A stretch of DNA of 64,000 nt, from contig CAWEBU010000006.1 of assembly GCA_963807405.1 (NCBI GenBank), positions 1,383,733 through 1,447,732 on the forward strand, in the 5' to 3' direction. Position numbers and translations under genes: made by a program. The stretch is from an uncultured Acidobacteriota bacterium. Lineage in GTDB: Bacteria; Acidobacteriota; Vicinamibacteria; Vicinamibacterales; UBA2999. Below are positions 9,076 to 17,579 of the stretch, in pieces (the first letter of the stretch is position 1; each line of letters starts with the position of its first letter). A model generated the notes under the pieces. It was given only the letters and a program-made list of their open reading frames with translations, had not been told where the DNA came from and searched no databases.

Positions 9076-10305
9076 ATGTCACCGATCGTCGATCAGGTCC
9101 ACGTCGCCCGTCAGCCCATCCTCGATTCGCGCCAGCAGGTCTTCGGCTACGAGCTGCTCTACAGAGCGGCCGCCGCCGATGACCAATGCGGGCAGCACCA
9201 TGCCAGCGTGTCCGCCCGCGTCATCGGCGACGCACTCCTCGGCATCGGCTTCGATACGCTCACCGGAGGCTCCCGCGCCTTCATCAACCTGGACATGCAG
9301 ACCCTCCTGGCCGATGCCAGCGGGCTGCTCGATCCCGAGCAGGTGGTGCTGGAGATTCTGGAGAGCGTGGAGGTGACGCCGGAGGTCATGGCGATGTGCT
9401 CGTCGCTGCGCGACCGCGGCTACACGCTGGCCCTCGATGACTTCCAGCCCGGCTCGGCGGCCGAGGCGCTGGTGCCGATGGCGCGCTTCGTCAAGCTCGA
9501 CGTGCTCGCGCTCAGCCCCGAGGACCTGCAGGCGACGACCCGGCGCCTGCTCGGCTGCGGTGTGTCGGTGGTCGCCGAGAAAGTCGAATCGCTGGAGACC
9601 TTCGAGCAGGCCAAGGCGGCCGGCTGCTCGCTCTTCCAGGGCTACTACTTCTGCCGGCCGGTGACCTTCTCCAGCCGCTCGCTGGCCTCCAGCCAGGTGA
9701 CGCAGATGCAGCTGGTGGCGGCGCTGAATCAGCCGACGGTGTCGCTCGCCGCGATCGAGGATCTGCTGAAGCGCGACGCCGCGCTGTCGTACCGGATCCT
9801 GCGCTCCGTCAACTCGGCGGGCTTCGGCCTGCGCCGCGAGATCCACTCGATCCGCGAAGCGCTGCTCATGCTGGGGCTCGACCAGGTGCGCAAGTGGAGC
9901 TCGATCTGGGCGCTCGCCGGCATGAACCGCGGCCCCTCGGAGCTCATCACCATGTCGGTCATCCGCGCGCGGTCCTGCGAGCTCCTCGGCCAGTCGCTCG
10001 ACCGCTCCGACCAGGGCGCGGCCTACTTCCTCCTCGGCCTGTGCTCGCTGCTCGACGTGCTCCTCGGCCACCCGATGGACGTCGTGGCGCGCGAGCTGCC
10101 GCTCGAGCCGGAAACCCACGCGGCACTGCTCGGCGACGTCAACCACGCCCGTCGCGCGCTCGACGCGGTCATCCACTACGAACAGGGGCAGTGGCCCGAA
10201 GCGATGGCCATCGCCAGCGAACTCGGCCTCGGTGCCGACATCCTGCCGGACGCCTATGCCGATGCGCTCGGCTGGTCGCGCAAGCTGACGAAGTCGGCGG
10301 CCTGA
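9076..10305 (+). CDS. EAL-domain plus HDOD-domain protein (putative c-di-GMP phosphodiesterase/sensor, YuxH-like)
   Basis: The start is taken at ATG 9076 (MSPIVDQVHVARQPILD...); the upstream part of ORF 8395-10305 overlaps the kinase and looks off-frame. EAL-type motifs are ARQPILD, VVLEILES, FINLD, ALDDFQPG, VKLD, AEKVE and QGYYF. The C-terminal half is HDOD-like (LSYRILRSVNSAGFGLRREIHSIREALLMLG). Confidence 0.85.
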   Translation: MSPIVDQVHVARQPILDSRQQVFGYELLYRAAAADDQCGQHHASVSARVIGDALLGIGFDTLTGGSRAFINLDMQTLLADASGLLDPEQVVLEILESVEVTPEVMAMCSSLRDRGYTLALDDFQPGSAAEALVPMARFVKLDVLALSPEDLQATTRRLLGCGVSVVAEKVESLETFEQAKAAGCSLFQGYYFCRPVTFSSRSLASSQVTQMQLVAALNQPTVSLAAIEDLLKRDAALSYRILRSVNSAGFGLRREIHSIREALLMLGLDQVRKWSSIWALAGMNRGPSELITMSVIRARSCELLGQSLDRSDQGAAYFLLGLCSLLDVLLGHPMDVVARELPLEPETHAALLGDVNHARRALDAVIHYEQGQWPEAMAIASELGLGADILPDAYADALGWSRKLTKSAA

Positions 10306-10443
10306 GCGCCCGGGAGCTGATGCTGCGCGGGGCGGGCGGCGGCGCGTTGCACGGACAGTTCGTCACCGTGTGCATTTCCGTGCAGCCCGGTGGCATGATG
10401 TGGCGCTGCGCGGCCGTGCAGGGCCGGCAGCGGAAGGAACGAC

Positions 10444-12456
10444 GTGAGTAGTCAGACTGCGGGTCGGCGTGCTGGCCTCGCTGCCCCGGCCCGCCGAGTG
10501 GTGCTCGTGGCCGGCGGCGACGACGGCTTCCGGCGCCAGCTCGCCGCGGCGCTCGAGACGCAGGGCGACGCCGTCGAAACCGCCGCCGACGCCAGCGCGG
10601 CAATGTCCGCCCTCGTCATGCATGCGCCGGACGCGGTCGTGCTGTGCGACGCACTGCCGGCTTTCGACGCCGTCGACGCCAGCCGCCGGCTGCGCGCGCA
10701 CGCCGGCTCCCGGCGGACCCCGGTGGCCGTGCTGGCGCCGCCGCGTGAGCCGGGCGAGGCCGGCCTGCCCCTCGATGTCGATCTGCTCTCCGGCTCCGTC
10801 ACGCCGGGACAGGTCGCCCAGTGGGTGGCCAGGCGGGTGCCGGCGGAGACGACGCCGCACGACCACCTGCGTCTGACGCTGGCGCGCACGAACGAGGTGG
10901 CCGCGCGAACGGCGGCGCCGGACGGCCCGTCGGCCGCGGCCGAGTGGCACCTGCTCTTCGAGCACGCCGGCGATGGCGTGGCGCTCGTCGACGGCGCCGG
11001 CCGGGTGCTGCTGGCGTCCGCACGCTTCGCCGCCGAACTCGGCCTGCCGTCGGCCGCGGCCTGTCGCGGCCGCGAGCTGCTGGAGCTGCTGCCGGGGGCG
11101 CCGGCCGCCGGCCAGCCGGGAGACGCCGGACCGCCCACGCTGACGGTCACCACGAGCCGCGACGGCCAGGTCGTGCCCATCGACCTGATGTTCACGCCGG
11201 CTGGCCGCGGCGAGCCCGGCACCATGTTCGTGACGTTGCGCAATCAGCGCTGGCGCCAGATCGCGACCGAGGCGCTGCACAGCAACCACGAGCTGGCCGA
11301 ACAGCTGCGGCGATCGCAGAAGATCGGCGCCCTCGGCCGCCTGGCCGGCGGCGTCGCGCACGACTTCAACAACCTGCTCCAGGTGATCGGCGGCTATGCC
11401 GAGACGCTCGGCGCCGACGGACTCGACGCCGCGTCGCGCCGGCGCCTCCTGCAGCGCATCCAGCGCGCCACCGACCGCGCCGCCTCCCTGACGCGGCAGC
11501 TGCTGGCCTTCGGGCGCCGCCAGGTGCTCGTGCCGCAGGTGGTCGACCTGAACGTGACGGTGCTCTCCCTCGAGCACATGCTCGGGCGCGTCATCGGTGA
11601 AGACGTCCAGTTCGTCAGCTCGCTGGCGCCGGACCTGCGGCGGGTGAAGGTCGACCCCGGGCAGATCGAGCAGGTGCTGCTCAACCTCGCCATCAACGCC
11701 CGTGACGCCATGGCCGACGGCGGCACGCTCGAAGTCGCGACCGCGAACTTCGTGCTCACCGAGGCCTGGAGCCACGCGTCGCTGCCGGTGACCGTCCCGG
11801 CCGGCGACTGGGTGCTGCTGTCGGTGCTCGACACCGGCACCGGCATGGAGCCCGAGACCGCCGGGCAGGCCTTCGAGCCGTTCTTCACGACCAAGGACGC
11901 GAGCAGCGGCAGCGGGCTCGGGCTGTCGATGGTCTACGGCATCGTCAAGCAGAGCGGCGGCTTCACCTGGATCGAGACCGCGCCCGGCGCCGGGACGAGC
12001 GTGCACGTGCTGCTGCCGGCCACCCACGACGACGAGGTGCCCGTCCCGCGTGACGACGTGGGCAGCCCCGGCCGCGTCGACTCGGCCGGCGGCACGGTGC
12101 TGCTCGTCGAGGACGATCCCGAGGTCCGTTCGCTCTTCACCCGGTTCCTGCGCGATGCCGGCTACACCGTCCGCGAGGCCGCCGACGGGCAGGAGGCCCT
12201 CGAGATCTTCGAGCGGCACGCCGCTGCGATCGACGTCGTCATGACCGACGTCGTGATGCCGAACATCAGCGGGCCGTCCCTCGTGAGCACCCTGCGCGCC
12301 CGGGCCCCGGGGGTGCGCGTGCTCTTCGTGTCCGGCTACACCGACCAGCTCGAGCTGGACGGCGCCGATCCGCTGGCCGCCTACCTGGCCAAGCCGATCA
12401 CCCGCGGCACGCTGCTCGAGCGGATGGCCAGGCTCATCAACACGGCCGGCAGCTAG
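10444..12456 (+). CDS. hybrid sensor histidine kinase (REC-like / PAS / HisKA / HATPase / REC)
   Basis: 670 aa with a GTG start. N-terminal receiver-like domain, PAS-like region and H-box GRLAGGVAHDFNNLLQVIGG. HATPase motifs (DTGTGM, GSGLGLSMVYGIVKQ) and a C-terminal receiver (TVLLVEDDPEVR...VVMTDVVMPNISG...LAKP). Confidence 0.88.
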   Translation: MSSQTAGRRAGLAAPARRVVLVAGGDDGFRRQLAAALETQGDAVETAADASAAMSALVMHAPDAVVLCDALPAFDAVDASRRLRAHAGSRRTPVAVLAPPREPGEAGLPLDVDLLSGSVTPGQVAQWVARRVPAETTPHDHLRLTLARTNEVAARTAAPDGPSAAAEWHLLFEHAGDGVALVDGAGRVLLASARFAAELGLPSAAACRGRELLELLPGAPAAGQPGDAGPPTLTVTTSRDGQVVPIDLMFTPAGRGEPGTMFVTLRNQRWRQIATEALHSNHELAEQLRRSQKIGALGRLAGGVAHDFNNLLQVIGGYAETLGADGLDAASRRRLLQRIQRATDRAASLTRQLLAFGRRQVLVPQVVDLNVTVLSLEHMLGRVIGEDVQFVSSLAPDLRRVKVDPGQIEQVLLNLAINARDAMADGGTLEVATANFVLTEAWSHASLPVTVPAGDWVLLSVLDTGTGMEPETAGQAFEPFFTTKDASSGSGLGLSMVYGIVKQSGGFTWIETAPGAGTSVHVLLPATHDDEVPVPRDDVGSPGRVDSAGGTVLLVEDDPEVRSLFTRFLRDAGYTVREAADGQEALEIFERHAAAIDVVMTDVVMPNISGPSLVSTLRARAPGVRVLFVSGYTDQLELDGADPLAAYLAKPITRGTLLERMARLINTAGS

Positions 12457-12515
12457 GGCGCGCACGGGCCGATTGGAGTCCGGCCGGTTCGTGCCGATGT
12501 CCATGACGAGGCCAC

Positions 12516-13427
12516 GTGACCATCAAGCAACAGCCAACGGACCAGGCGATCGCTCCGGAGGCCACTCCGGCGGCCAAGTCCCGCCTGCTACGCCGCGACT
12601 GCGAGCTGCCGCCGATTCCGTCGGTCGCCGTCACCCTGCTCGGGCTGCTCGCCCGCGAGGACGTCGGCCTCGGCGAAGTGGCCGATGCGGTCTCGGCCGA
12701 TGCGACGATTGCGACGGAGGTGCTGCGCGCGGCCAACACCGCCTACTACGGTATCCGTGGCGAGGTGACGAGCATCCGTCACGCCACGACCCTGCTCGGC
12801 GCCGCGCGAATCCGCGCCCTCGCCGCCACCATCGGGTTGCGCCGCTACCTCGGCCCGGCGCTCCAGGCGCCGGTCGTGCAGCGCTGCTGGCGTCACAACA
12901 TCGCCTGCGCGTCGACGGCCGAACAGATCGCCCTGCGGATGGGCGGCAGCCCGGCCGACGCCTACACCGCCGGCCTGCTCCACGACATCGGCCGACTGGC
13001 GCTCATCGTGGCCCATCCTGAGGTCTACCCGGCACTGCTCGACTCCGCCGACGCCCGCGGCGCCCGCGTGCTCCAGCTCGAGCGCGACCTGATGGGCATC
13101 GACCACTGCGAGGCCGGCCAGTGGTTCACGCAGCAGCTGTTGCTGCCGCCGGTGTTCCAGGCGGTCGCCGCGCACCACCACAACCCGGACCCGGTCCGCC
13201 CGACCGACATGCTGGTGCGGGTCTCGGTCGCGTGCCAGCTCGCCGAGTGGATGGGCTACTGGGTGACGCCGGTGCCGTCGCTTCGCGATCTGGACCCGGT
13301 CCAGCTCGACCGCGTGGGCCAGGCGCTGCCGCTCGCGCAACGCGTCACCCTGCTCAGCGAGATCGCCGACCTGGTCGCCGACGTCGGCGAACAGGTCCGC
13401 GCCACCGAGAGCATGTTCGAGGGCTGA
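12516..13427 (+). CDS. HDOD domain-containing signalling protein
   Basis: 303 aa with LPPIPSVAVTLLGLL...VADAVSADATIATEVLRAANTAYYG...IRHATTLLG and an HDIGRLAL motif. Confidence 0.85.
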   Translation: MTIKQQPTDQAIAPEATPAAKSRLLRRDCELPPIPSVAVTLLGLLAREDVGLGEVADAVSADATIATEVLRAANTAYYGIRGEVTSIRHATTLLGAARIRALAATIGLRRYLGPALQAPVVQRCWRHNIACASTAEQIALRMGGSPADAYTAGLLHDIGRLALIVAHPEVYPALLDSADARGARVLQLERDLMGIDHCEAGQWFTQQLLLPPVFQAVAAHHHNPDPVRPTDMLVRVSVACQLAEWMGYWVTPVPSLRDLDPVQLDRVGQALPLAQRVTLLSEIADLVADVGEQVRATESMFEG

Positions 13428-13521
13428 CCAGCCGCGCCGCAGCCCCGGCGACGACGCCGCGCGCCGGACCGGCCGCTCCCGGGCCGCACTCCCTGCCCGC
13501 CAGCTCATCCGATGCGTCTCC

Positions 13522-15288
13522 GTGCAGGCGCCAATTCCGAAATCGCCAGATCTGTGTGACGATGACGCAGGGCAGCACTGCATGGCGCACCGAACCCGCC
13601 GACCGCTCGGAGACATCGCTCCGCGCCGTGATCCGCTGGCCATGACGCCGTTCGAGCGCGCCTGGCTGATGGACCGCGGTCAGACGGCGCGGGCGTCCCG
13701 CGATCCGACCGTGCGGCCGCTGAAGCGGATGCGCCGCCACTCCCCCGCCGAGCCGCCGGCCACCGTGCCCATCGAGGCGGTGCCCGACGCGCTCGCCATC
13801 GTCGACCGGGAAGGCGGCCTCGTCCGCGTCAACGCGGCCTTCGAACGTCTGGTCGGCCTGCCGGCCTCGGCGCTCGAAGGCACGCCCCTCGACCGCTACA
13901 TCGCCGCGCCCGCGGGCCTCGACCCGAGCGGTCCTCTGGCGCCGCCGAACCCGCATCCACGGCGATCCGCCACCTACACCCGCGCCGACGGCACGTCGTG
14001 CCCGGCCGAGGTGCACGTCGAGTCGCTCGACCCGCCGGCCGGCTGGTCGCTCGTGACGGTGCACGACCGGGACGAGCGGACCCGCCTCGAAGCGGCACTG
14101 CAGGACAACAAGGACCTCACCGAGCAGCTGCGCCGGTCGCAGAAGATCGGCGCGCTCGGCCGCCTGGCCGGCGGCGTCGCACACGACTTCAACAACCTGT
14201 TGCAGGTGATCGGCGGCCACGCCGAGGCCCTCAACGCCGCCGATCTCGACGTCACGGCGCGGCGGCGGCTGCTGCGCAGCATCCAGACCGCCACCGATCG
14301 CGCCGGCTCGCTCACCCGCCAGCTGCTGGCCTTCGGACGGCGTCAGATCCTGATGCCGGAGGTGCTCGATCTCAACGTCACCGTCCGCACGCTCGAACGA
14401 ATGCTGACGCGCGTCCTCGGCGAAGACGTACGGTTCGTCAGCCGGCTGGCGCCCGACCTGGCCGCCGTGAAGGTCGACCCCGGACAGATCGAACAGGTGG
14501 TCCTCAACCTGGCCATCAACGCGCGCGACGCCATGATTGACGGCGGCACCCTCGAGATCGCGACCTCGAACTTCGTGCTCGAGGAGCCGTGGGCGCACGA
14601 GTCGCTGCCGGTGCGCGTGCCGGCCGGCGAGTGGGTGCTGCTGTCCGTGCGTGACACCGGATGCGGCATGGACGAAGACATCGCCACGCAGGCGTTCGAA
14701 CCGTTCTTCACGACCAAGGACATCACCAAGGGCAGCGGCCTCGGCCTGTCGATGGTCTACGGCATCGTCAAGCAGAGCGAGGGGTATACCTGGATCGACA
14801 CCTCCCCGGGGGCCGGCACCGCCGTCTACGTGCTGCTGCCGGCCGTGCCCGACCCGGCCCACCCGGCGCCGCGTCCACGCCGCCAGCCGGCCGCCCCGGT
14901 CCGCAGCGAGCCGGTCGGCGCGACCGTGATGCTCGTCGAAGACGACCCCGAGGTGCGCGGGTTGTTCTCGCGCTTCCTCGAACGGGCGGGTTACACGGTG
15001 ATCGAGGCCTCCGACGGGCGTGATGCGCTCGAGACGTTCGACGCACGCGGCAGCGACATCGACCTCGTCATCACCGACGTCGTGATGCCGAATCTCAGCG
15101 GGCCGGCGCTGACGAGCGCGATCCGGGCGCGGCGTCCCGACGTCAAGGTGCTGTTCGTCTCGGGCTACGCCGACGAGCTCGAAGCCGGCATCGCCGGCGC
15201 GCCGCACACGGTGCTGCTGCACAAGCCGGTGACGCGCCAGCTGCTGGTCGACCAGGTCGGGGCGCTGCTGCGCCGCGCCACCACCTAG
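13522..15288 (+). CDS. PAS-containing hybrid sensor histidine kinase / response regulator, paralog of 10444-12456
   Basis: 588 aa. The kinase core and receiver are nearly collinear with the 10444-12456 product (EQLRRSQKIGALGRLAGGVAHDFNNLLQVIGG..., GSGLGLSMVYGIVKQS). The start is uncertain; ATG at 13642 (MTPFERAW) is an alternative. Confidence 0.85.
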   Translation: MQAPIPKSPDLCDDDAGQHCMAHRTRRPLGDIAPRRDPLAMTPFERAWLMDRGQTARASRDPTVRPLKRMRRHSPAEPPATVPIEAVPDALAIVDREGGLVRVNAAFERLVGLPASALEGTPLDRYIAAPAGLDPSGPLAPPNPHPRRSATYTRADGTSCPAEVHVESLDPPAGWSLVTVHDRDERTRLEAALQDNKDLTEQLRRSQKIGALGRLAGGVAHDFNNLLQVIGGHAEALNAADLDVTARRRLLRSIQTATDRAGSLTRQLLAFGRRQILMPEVLDLNVTVRTLERMLTRVLGEDVRFVSRLAPDLAAVKVDPGQIEQVVLNLAINARDAMIDGGTLEIATSNFVLEEPWAHESLPVRVPAGEWVLLSVRDTGCGMDEDIATQAFEPFFTTKDITKGSGLGLSMVYGIVKQSEGYTWIDTSPGAGTAVYVLLPAVPDPAHPAPRPRRQPAAPVRSEPVGATVMLVEDDPEVRGLFSRFLERAGYTVIEASDGRDALETFDARGSDIDLVITDVVMPNLSGPALTSAIRARRPDVKVLFVSGYADELEAGIAGAPHTVLLHKPVTRQLLVDQVGALLRRATT

Positions 15289-15845
15289 GCCCGTCCGCTG
15301 CGCGGGCGGTAGCCGGCCGGCAGCGGGCCAGCCATCCGCCGCGTGAGCCAGGCCAGCCACAGCAGAGCGGCCGCCCACGCCACCGCCAGCCGTAGCAGGC
15401 CCGGCAGCAGCGGCACCGTCAGGGCCACCGCGCCCAGCCGCTCGCCGGCCAGGAAGGCCAGCGGTCCGCCGAGCGCGCCGAGCACCGCCGCCCGCACCGG
15501 GCGGGTCATCACTTGCGCCAGACTGAACCGGAACGTCGTGGCGAACTGGCCCCACAGCGTGAGGAGCCACCACGGCGGCAGGCCGGCCGCCGGCACGCCG
15601 GCCAGCAGGCGGTAGGTGCCGGACGCGATCTGCCACGACTCGACGAGGCCACCGGTGACGAGTGCGGCCAGCAGCAGCCAGACCTCGGTGCGCCGATCGT
15701 CGGCCAGCCACAGATGGCCAGCCGTGAGGGCGACCGCCAGCGCCGTGCCCTGGACGTCGTAGCCGGCGCCGGCGCCGAGCAACACGGCCAGCCAGCCGAT
15801 CTGATAGCCGGCGTAGTTGACGAGGACCGTGGCGCGGGCGCTCAC
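15285..15845 (-). CDS. hypothetical polytopic membrane protein (DUF2878-like)
   Basis: C-terminal 186 codons of ORF 15285-16943, with hydrophobic TM-rich sequence (VLVNYAGYQIGWLAVLLGAGAG...). GTG at 15845 overlaps the PhoD stop as GTGA. The family name is from memory only. Confidence 0.6.
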   Translation of the reverse strand: MSARATVLVNYAGYQIGWLAVLLGAGAGYDVQGTALAVALTAGHLWLADDRRTEVWLLLAALVTGGLVESWQIASGTYRLLAGVPAAGLPPWWLLTLWGQFATTFRFSLAQVMTRPVRAAVLGALGGPLAFLAGERLGAVALTVPLLPGLLRLAVAWAAALLWLAWLTRRMAGPLPAGYRPRSGRA

Positions 15846-17437
15846 GCCGGGCCTGGCGCCAGCGTCGTCGCGAAGATCTCGCGGCCACCGCGGTCGTGCA
15901 GGCTGACCGTGAGCGCTTCGGTCCTGGCCGCCACGACCAGGCGTCCGAAGAACTGCAGGCCATCGGACGGCGGCCGGTTCGGCTTCATGCCGGGCGGAAT
16001 CGACAGGAAGCGGACCTCGGGGCCGAAGGTGCCATCGAGGGCGTTCGGGCCGAACGTGCCGGCGTGCAGCGGCCCGGCCACGAACTCCCAGAACGGCGCG
16101 AACTCGGTGAAGCGCGCCCGCGCGGGATCGTAGTGGTGCGCCGCGGCGTAGTGCACGTCGCCGGTGATCCAGACGACGTTGTCGATGCGCTCGTCGCGGA
16201 TGAACCGCAGCAGATCGGCGATCTCGAGCTCGCGCCCCAGCGGTCCGCCCGGATCGCCCTGCGCCACGGCCTCGAAGTGCGAGGGGAAATCGCGGACGAC
16301 GAGGCCGATCGGCAGGCTGCTCGCCATGATCTTCCAGGTCGAGGTGCTGGCCACCAGCGCCCGCTTGAGCCACGCCACCTGCGCCGCGCCCATCAGGGCC
16401 GACGACGGGCCGGGCGTCGACTGGCGGTTCTCGCCATTGGCGCCGCGGTAGCTGCGATGGTCGAGCAGGAACACCTCGACCGGGCCGTAGCGCACCGAGC
16501 GGTAGAGCTGTTCGGGATCGATCGGATCGACCGGCAGCGGCGTGTACTCGAAGCACGCCTGGCGGGCGCGCGCCGCCAGCAGCGCCACCGACTTCACCGT
16601 GAAGCGCTTGTCGTCGTCGAGGCGGCGCTCGAAGTACCAGTTGTCGCGCACTTCGTGGTCGTCCCACACGGTGAGCTGCGGCACGGCGGCATTGAAGCGC
16701 CGCATGTGCGCGTCCTGCAGGTTGTAGCGGTAGTTGCCGCGGTACTCGTCGAGCGTCTCGGCCACCTTGCTCTTGGCGGCGGTCGTGAGGTTGCGCCAGA
16801 CGCGGCCGTCGTCGAGCGCGACTTCCGCCGCGACCGGCGCGTCGGCGTAGATGGCGTCGCCCAGGTTCACGAACAGATCGGGCTCGACGCCGAGCATGCT
16901 GGCGTAGGTGCGCATGCCGTCGAACGCGGGGTCGAGCCCCCACCCCTGCCCGACCGTGTCGGCCGAGAACACGAGCGACACGTCACGGGTGCCGGGAGCC
17001 GGCGCGGTGCCGAGCTGCCCGGTCACCGGCTGGCCGATCCGCCGGATGTCGGCCAGGTCCTGGAACGACACCCGGTAGAACACGCGCTGGCCGCGCGGCA
17101 GATCGGTGAGGTGCACGCGCGCGGTGAAGTCGCGCCCCTCGAGCGCCGACGGGCCGATGACGCGGCGCGCGTTCCTGAAGCTGTCGGAGGTGTCGTACTC
17201 GACGATCATGCGGGCGGCGCGATCGGCGCGCGCCCAGATGACCGCCGCATCGTCACCGACGATGGTCGAGGCCACGCCGTCGGTGACGACCGGCTGCACG
17301 CCTGCCGCCGTGACCAGGCCGGGCGCCTGCCCGAAGAGCGTCGGCCGTGCCACCAGGGCGCCGACCGCCCCGGCGGCCACGCCCCGCAGGACCTGCCGCC
17401 GTCCGGCATCGATGCGTACTCGTCGTGGCGTCTGCAT
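15842..17437 (-). CDS. phoD: alkaline phosphatase D family protein (PhoD) with Tat signal
   Basis: 531 aa. N-terminal twin-arginine signal (RRQVLRGVAAGAVGAL). PhoD/metallophosphatase motifs FSADTVGQGWG, GDAIYAD, WDDHEVRDNW and ITGDVHY. Confidence 0.88.
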   Translation of the reverse strand: MQTPRRVRIDAGRRQVLRGVAAGAVGALVARPTLFGQAPGLVTAAGVQPVVTDGVASTIVGDDAAVIWARADRAARMIVEYDTSDSFRNARRVIGPSALEGRDFTARVHLTDLPRGQRVFYRVSFQDLADIRRIGQPVTGQLGTAPAPGTRDVSLVFSADTVGQGWGLDPAFDGMRTYASMLGVEPDLFVNLGDAIYADAPVAAEVALDDGRVWRNLTTAAKSKVAETLDEYRGNYRYNLQDAHMRRFNAAVPQLTVWDDHEVRDNWYFERRLDDDKRFTVKSVALLAARARQACFEYTPLPVDPIDPEQLYRSVRYGPVEVFLLDHRSYRGANGENRQSTPGPSSALMGAAQVAWLKRALVASTSTWKIMASSLPIGLVVRDFPSHFEAVAQGDPGGPLGRELEIADLLRFIRDERIDNVVWITGDVHYAAAHHYDPARARFTEFAPFWEFVAGPLHAGTFGPNALDGTFGPEVRFLSIPPGMKPNRPPSDGLQFFGRLVVAARTEALTVSLHDRGGREIFATTLAPGPA

Positions 17438-17455
17438 GGGCGGGAGCCGACCCGA

Positions 17456-17564
17456 ATTGTAACGGGGTCTGTCACCGTCACACGATGTAACGGGGCTGTC
17501 ACCGTCACCACCCGCGAGGGGCGTGACGGTGACAGACCCCGTTACAAATCCCCCGTTACAAATC
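17456..17564. repeat. REP-like composite element: two direct copies plus one inverted copy of TGTAACGGGGTCTGTCACCGTCAC
   Basis: Copy 1 at 17458-17481 is perfect and copy 2 at 17486-17508 lacks one T. The inverted copy at 17523-17546 is perfect. A 14-bp tandem duplication CCCCGTTACAAATC x2 follows at 17537-17564. The same element recurs at 61058-61156. Confidence 0.88.
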
Positions 17565-17579
17565 CGCCAGCCTCAGCCG

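Noticed and set aside
17458-17508. CTGTCAC motifs inside the repeat considered as Pho boxes for phoD.
   Set aside because: The spacing (~26 bp between CTGTCAC cores) does not fit the 11-bp phased Pho box. The identical element also occurs at 61 kb next to unrelated genes.
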